DNA from: Octopus vulgaris
Taxonomy: Eukaryota
Length of the DNA: 64,000 bases
Direction of reading: 5' to 3'
Assembly (NCBI GenBank): GCA_951406725.2
Contig: OX597831.1
Span: forward strand, 79,298,001-79,362,000
Position numbers and translations under genes: made by a program. The notes under the pieces were generated by a model. The model saw only the letters and a list, made by a program, of their open reading frames with translations. It searched no databases and had not been told where the DNA came from. Below, in pieces: positions 57,233-64,000 of this stretch; positions within the stretch are counted from its first letter, which is position 1, and each line of letters starts with the position of its first letter.

Positions 57233-57844
57233 TGTTTATATATATATATATATACATATATATATCCTCCAATCTGGGCCTCAGTGAATATCCCTAGGAT
57301 TGAACTCGCTTCATTCTCGACCACGCATATCATTAAGTCATAATACAATCCTACGTGATATGACGGTTCTGTAGCCCTTTGTAGTGAAGTGGCTGTCGGG
57401 TTTATAGTAGCTGTTACATTGATTAACCTCATACAAGTTTATAATTGCTATAAACCGTTCAAATAGTTCAACGGCTAAATGGCCTTTATAGGGTCACATT
57501 AAGTATCTCTTTGACCATATAAACACGTGTGTATCTGCATTCATACTTATATACATACGTATATAAATAAATGGATAGGTGCGAGTGTGTGTGTGTGTGT
57601 GTGTGTCTATGTATGCCCAAACATTACTATAATTACCTGTCTATGTGTGTACATAATAATATATGTGATATTATGTGTGTGTCTCTGTGTGTATGTGTGT
57701 ATTTGTGTATTTCTGTGTCTCTGTGTGTATGCGTGTAATTGTGTACTGGTGTGTGTCTGTCTTAGCGCCTTTGTATAAGCGTTTGTCTGTGTACTTGTGG
57801 TGTGTGTGTGTGTGTGTGTCTGGATGTATTACACACATATATAT

Positions 57845-57846
57845 AG

Positions 57847-57898
<52 letters not shown>

Positions 57899-57926
57899 TG
57901 ATTGATAGACAGACAGACAGACAGAC

Positions 57927-57970
<44 letters not shown>

Positions 57971-58142
57971 GGATAGATAGATAGATAGATTGATAGATAG
58001 ATAGGTAGATAGATAGATAGATTGATAGACAGACAGACAGATAGATAGATGGATAGATAGATAGATAGATTGATAGATAGATAGGTAGATAGATAGATAG
58101 ATTGATAGACAGACAGATAGATAGATAGATAGATAGATAGAT
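57845..58142. repeat. (GATA)n microsatellite
   Basis: Directly visible. Confidence 0.95.
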
Positions 58143-58255
58143 ATGATTCATTAAATGTAGATATATAATATACATATATGTACGTGTTGTACTTCTGGAC
58201 GTGCGTGTGGGCATTTGTACAATACATAGGCCTTATCATGTGTACTTTGATATAC

Positions 58256-58318
<63 letters not shown>

Positions 58319-58528
58319 TATTCATATTCATATATGTATGTAAACATATATTTCTATATGGAACTGCGTATCAACATATATATGTATTTATTTACATGTA
58401 TATATATGATATGTATATATATATACATTTATATATTGATAGATAGATTGACACATATGTAGACTGACGGACAGATAGGTAGATAGAAAGATAGATAGAT
58501 AGGTATTTTTATGAACATATATACACGA

Positions 58529-58595
<67 letters not shown>

Positions 58596-58845
58596 TATAC
58601 ACACACAAATCTACACAGTTATAGGGACTAACACACACACACTCATACACACTCGCTCGCTACACCACATCGGGCGTTTGTCTTTATATATTCCTGAGTA
58701 TTGGCATACATTTTCTTTCCGATCACAAATATATTTCCTCCATACCAGTCATATAAACGGGTTTCGAAATGTCATCATCATTTAGAAGCATTCATGCCGC
58801 TTTAAAATGTTTTATACACACATTTACGTGTGAGCATTACTACAT

Positions 58846-58919
<74 letters not shown>

Positions 58920-58974
58920 GTATGTATTCTATGTATGTATGTATATATATATATATATATATACACTATATGTA

Positions 58975-59013
<39 letters not shown>

Positions 59014-59201
59014 TCCCCATATATACCACTACTTGAACCATTGTGTTCATATTTACAGCTTCAAACATGTATACTGTACATATATTACCGTATAAAAGTC
59101 CGATAGAAAGTACAGGCATGGCTTTGAAAAGGGTTAAAGGCTTGATTTCCAATCACCTGGAAAACTGAGTTCACGCATTGCTTGCACCATGGCAAATAGT
59201 C

Positions 59202-59260
<59 letters not shown>

Positions 59261-59469
59261 CTAGTGTGCGTGTGTGTGTGTGTGTGTGCCTGCCTTTGTG
59301 TTTGTGTTTTTCCCCAGACCACTACTTCTGAACCGGTGTTGGTGAGTTTACCTCCCTGTTGCTTAATAGTTCCGTATAAATGTCCGATAGAATAAATACC
59401 TAAGTACCAGGCTTTGAAAAGGAAATGTATTTACAGGGTTCGATTCCACTGACTGAAAACTCTTCAGAC

Positions 59470-59672
59470 AATGGGCACTAAAGTTTTCAAGGGCGGGCGC
59501 ACTAGATTAGATCGACCCCAGTGCTTCACTGGTCCTTATTTTATCCAAGCCGAAAGAGATGAAATGTAAAGTCGACCTCGGCGTAATTTGATCTCAGACA
59601 GTAAGGGATGACGGGACGAAATGCCGAAAGCATTTTACTCGCGGCGCTAACGAGTCTGCCAGTTCACCACCT
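59470..59672 (-). mobile_element. SINE family B
   Basis: gatcgaccccagtgc...aaagtcgacctcggcg...ctgccagttcaccacctt. Confidence 0.8.
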
Positions 59673-59804
59673 TAGGACAGATTCACTGATAGAATAAGTT
59701 CAAGGCCTATAAAGAATAAGTCCTGCGGTCGATTGTTTGGCTAAAAGCGGTGCTCCAGCAGAGCCACAGAAAAAATGACTGAAACACGTAACATGATAAA
59801 GAAC

Positions 59805-60257
<453 letters not shown>

Positions 60258-60498
60258 CCGGAATTCATTTTTATTTTCTAGTTATATTCTATACTAACAA
60301 GTAATTCTTGGAAACTGCTTGTTAATTACACACACACACGTGTGGTTGTGCATGCGCGTGCGCGCGTATGTGCATGTATGTGTGTGTGTGAGTGTTTAAA
60401 GCAAAGTTGGAGTGAGTGAGAGAGAGAGAGAGAGAGAGAGAGGGAAGTGTGTGTGTGTGTGGTAGCTAGATTGAAAAAGAAAGACTGTGTTTATGCTA

Positions 60499-60531
<33 letters not shown>

Positions 60532-60730
60532 TTCCTGCATTATGCCTTAGCTTTATTGCTTGTACGTACTTCCATAGATGTCTCTGTGTTCGTGTATCCG
60601 ACACTGCTTGAGCGACTGATTTCCGTATCTCCGTTGTTTGTATAATTTTGTTTGCATGTTTGCATACGCGTAGTGTGCGCGCGTGCGTTTGAGCGTGTAT
60701 GTGTGTGTGTGTGTGTGTGTGTTTATTTAT

Positions 60731-60826
<96 letters not shown>

Positions 60827-60930
60827 TCGAGTGGTTTTATAAATATTTGCTGTTCTTGCTTGCCTGAGCTCTTAATCCGTGACGGATGCACTGTGATGGC
60901 GCGGAGGGGTGTGTGTGGAAAAGATGATGT

Positions 60931-60932
60931 TA

Positions 60933-60991
<59 letters not shown>

Positions 60992-61018
60992 GGTGGTGGT
61001 GGTGGTGGTGATGATGGC

Positions 61019-61062
<44 letters not shown>

Positions 61063-61213
61063 CAATGACGCCGACGACGACGACGACGACGACGACGAAG
61101 AAGAAGAAGAAGAAGAAGAAGAAGAAGAAGAAGAAGAAGAAGAAGAAGAAGAAGAAGAAGAAGAAGAAGAAGAAGAAGAAGAAGAAGAAGAAGAAGAAGA
61201 AGAAGAAGAAGAA
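60931..61213. repeat. Compound (GAT)(GGT)(GAC)(GAA) trinucleotide tract
   Basis: Directly visible. Confidence 0.95.
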
Positions 61214-61496
61214 ACCGAAATGGTGAATGAATATATTATTCTCTTCGGGATTTGAAACGAGCGCTCCGACAGCCGGCAAAAATAGCGCAAAGCATTTCAT
61301 CTGGCGTTCCAGCGACTCTTCCGCTAGCATCACCGCCATTTAAATATGTCTGCTTACATTCTCTGACATCACAATTATCGCTTTCTTTCTTGTCAACGCC
61401 TCCAACTCTTTCATCTTTATCGTCATATTTATCTGTAATCAACTGGATGCGTTTCTCTCTGCATGCGACTGTGCATATGTGTGTGATTAATCGAGT

Positions 61497-61527
<31 letters not shown>

Positions 61528-61730
61528 ACGTGAGAGAAAACATGTGTGTGTATTTGCATGTGTGCACGTACACCTCTCTGCGTTTAGCTGTTTCTTTAGT
61601 GTTATGTGTAAGTGTTTGTGTGTTTAAGCATGTGTGTGTCTATGTAGTTATGTCTGAGTGTTCGTTGATAGGTATATACACTGCAGAGTGGACTAGACCA
61701 GAATCTGTACATATAATATATGTAGTATGT

Positions 61731-61778
<48 letters not shown>

Positions 61779-62451
61779 CGTGCATAAACACATGCGTGCG
61801 TCCGTGTGTACATATGCATATATATATATATATATATATACATGTGTGTGAGTGAGTTTGGGTGGGTGTTAGTGTGCGTGTGTACATATACATATATGCA
61901 GATACATGCATATATAAACATATACCCTATATATGTGTGTGTGTATATATATGTATATCTGCACGGATATTGAGAATACATGTTGTGTGTGTTGTGTACA
62001 AACTCGTAACCTCTCATCCAACGGAGACGGGCAGTAAATGTCAAACATGGATGCAATCAGTCGAATTGAAGAGGAGTTACTCATCCTCATCACCACCGCC
62101 ACCACCATCATCATAAACGCCATACTCTTTACCATCATCATCATCACGATCATCATCAACACCATCATCATCCTTATCATCACCATCGCCATCATCATCA
62201 TCATCATCATTGTCAACACACCTATCACTTTGGTCGCCGTCATCACTATTAACGTTGTCATCACTGCTCGGGGTTAAAGCTTTCATCGTCATCAATGCAT
62301 TGATGACTTTCATCTTCATCTCCTCGTATTCATCGCTTCAGTCGCTTTCATCACTCGTCACTTTCATCGTTATAAACGCGTTCATCGCTTTCAATAGACA
62401 TCATTACATGTTCCGCTTTCATCGCCAACATAATTCTTTTATTCTTTCATT

Positions 62452-62659
62452 CTTTTATACTTGTTTCAGTCATTTTGACTGTGGCCATGCTGGAGCACCG
62501 ACTATAGTCGAGCAAATCCACCCCAGGACTTATTCTTTGTATGCCTAGTACTTATTTTATCGGGCTGTTATGCCGAACCGCTAGGTTACGGGGACGTAAA
62601 CACACCAACATCGATTGTCAAGCGATGTTGGGGTGACAAACACAGACACACAAACATAT

Positions 62660-62720
<61 letters not shown>

Positions 62721-62725
62721 CACAT

Positions 62726-62781
<56 letters not shown>

Positions 62782-62952
62782 TTATACGACGGGCTTTTTT
62801 CAGTTTCCATCTACCAAATCCACTCCGAAGGCTTTGGTCGCCCCGAGGCTATAGTAGAAAGCACTTGCCCAAGGTGCCACGCAGTGGGACTGAACCCGGA
62901 ACCATGTGGTTGGTAAGCTCGCTACTTGCCACATAGCCATTCCTGCGCCCAT
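62452..62952 (-). mobile_element. SINE family A, full length
   Basis: Complete head, core-like segment, internal microsatellite and tail. Confidence 0.9.
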
Positions 62953-63285
62953 GGTCGTCATTTTCATCCTTTTTCAAAGGATTTATCACTTTCATACTTA
63001 TTGCTATATCTACCCCTTCCATCATCAGCATCACTTTCATTACCTTCATCATTTTCATCATTATCCTAATATCATACTCTTCATAGCCAACATCACGCTC
63101 ATTGCTTTAGTCGTTCTATCCTACCCTCTCATCGCCGACATCACTCTCATTTCTTTCTTTTTTTTTTTTCAGGCGTTTATCGCTTCTATCGTCGTCATCG
63201 TTGTATATATCGCTTTCGTCGTTGAAATAACTGTTATCACTTTCAAGCTTTCAACGCGTTTATCGCTTTCATTTTTATCGTTATA

Positions 63286-63843
63286 TTGGGTTGTCCGGAA
63301 AATTCGTGCCGATTTATAGCAGTTTACCTTTCGACTTATTTTAGAACATGGTTGAGTCCATAAAATAGGATTTCACTACACCTCCATTCAGAGCACAGTT
63401 TAAGCTATCTTTTCTTGGAAGAAGGTTTATGTTCCTATAACCTGTGTTATTTCTGTAACCCTTTAAAATGGAAGATAAGAAAGTTCATTTACGGCACTTG
63501 ATGTTTTGGGAACCAGACAAAAATTGCTGCGGCTCGGCTGGGATGTGTTACCCCACCTTCCATATTCACCAAATATTGCTCCTTCGGATTTCCACTTATT
63601 CAGGTCTCTGCAGAATAGTCTTAATGGTAAAAATTTCAATTCCTTGGATGACGTAAAAAGATACCTTGATGAATTCTTTGCCACCTCAATTCTGAGAAGA
63701 GGATATTTTCAAGTTAAAGGAAAGATGGAGACGCATTGTGTAACAAAATGGTTCATATTTGGTTGATTAAAAATGTAATGGCAAGAATTTATTGACCTTT
63801 TTCTTTCCTTTAAATATCGGCACGAACTTTCCGGACAAACCAA
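63286..63843 (+). mobile_element. Internally deleted mariner transposon with TIRs
   Basis: TIRs ttgggttgtccggaaaattcgtgccgat / atcggcacgaactttccggacaaaccaa with TA on both sides. Transposase N-terminus MEDKKVHLRHLMFWE is joined to C-terminal LPHLPYSPNIAPSDFHLFRSLQN (YSPDLAP-D motif). Confidence 0.93.
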
Positions 63844-64000
63844 TATTTACCTCTTCTATCGCCGACCTCACCGTTGTCATTTTCATCTCTCTCACTATGG
63901 CCATAAACATCACATCTTATCTCCTCATTTATAATATTCATATATTTTATTGCTGTCCTCCAATTTATCATTCACATCGTTTTTCCTCCTATTTATTACT

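Overview
AT-rich, microsatellite-saturated animal DNA with no convincing protein-coding gene. The tRNA-derived SINE families and repeat landscape strongly suggest an Octopus intron or intergenic region (inference). Almost all listed ORFs are artefacts of (TA)n, (CA)n, (GATA)n and trinucleotide runs. Supported content: four tRNA-headed SINE families (about 20 copies, including a tandem array), an internally deleted mariner with TIRs and TA duplication, two hAT-like MITEs, two restriction-like-endonuclease (R4/Dong-type) LINE 3' fragments, a CR1-like RT C-terminus, a LINE 3' tail resembling a SINE tail, and a possible decayed Copia-like relic. The most striking unannotated signal is about 11 minimal type-I hammerhead-ribozyme-like motifs: CUGANGA or a variant, stem II, GAAA, a palindromic near-loopless stem III, then usually GUA. 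They fall into several sequence families, many lie near (TA)n tracts, and they resemble Penelope-associated dimeric hammerheads. The window also holds local inverted duplications, two long hairpins and paired YY1-type motifs. All folds and alignments were done by eye; element boundaries are approximate.
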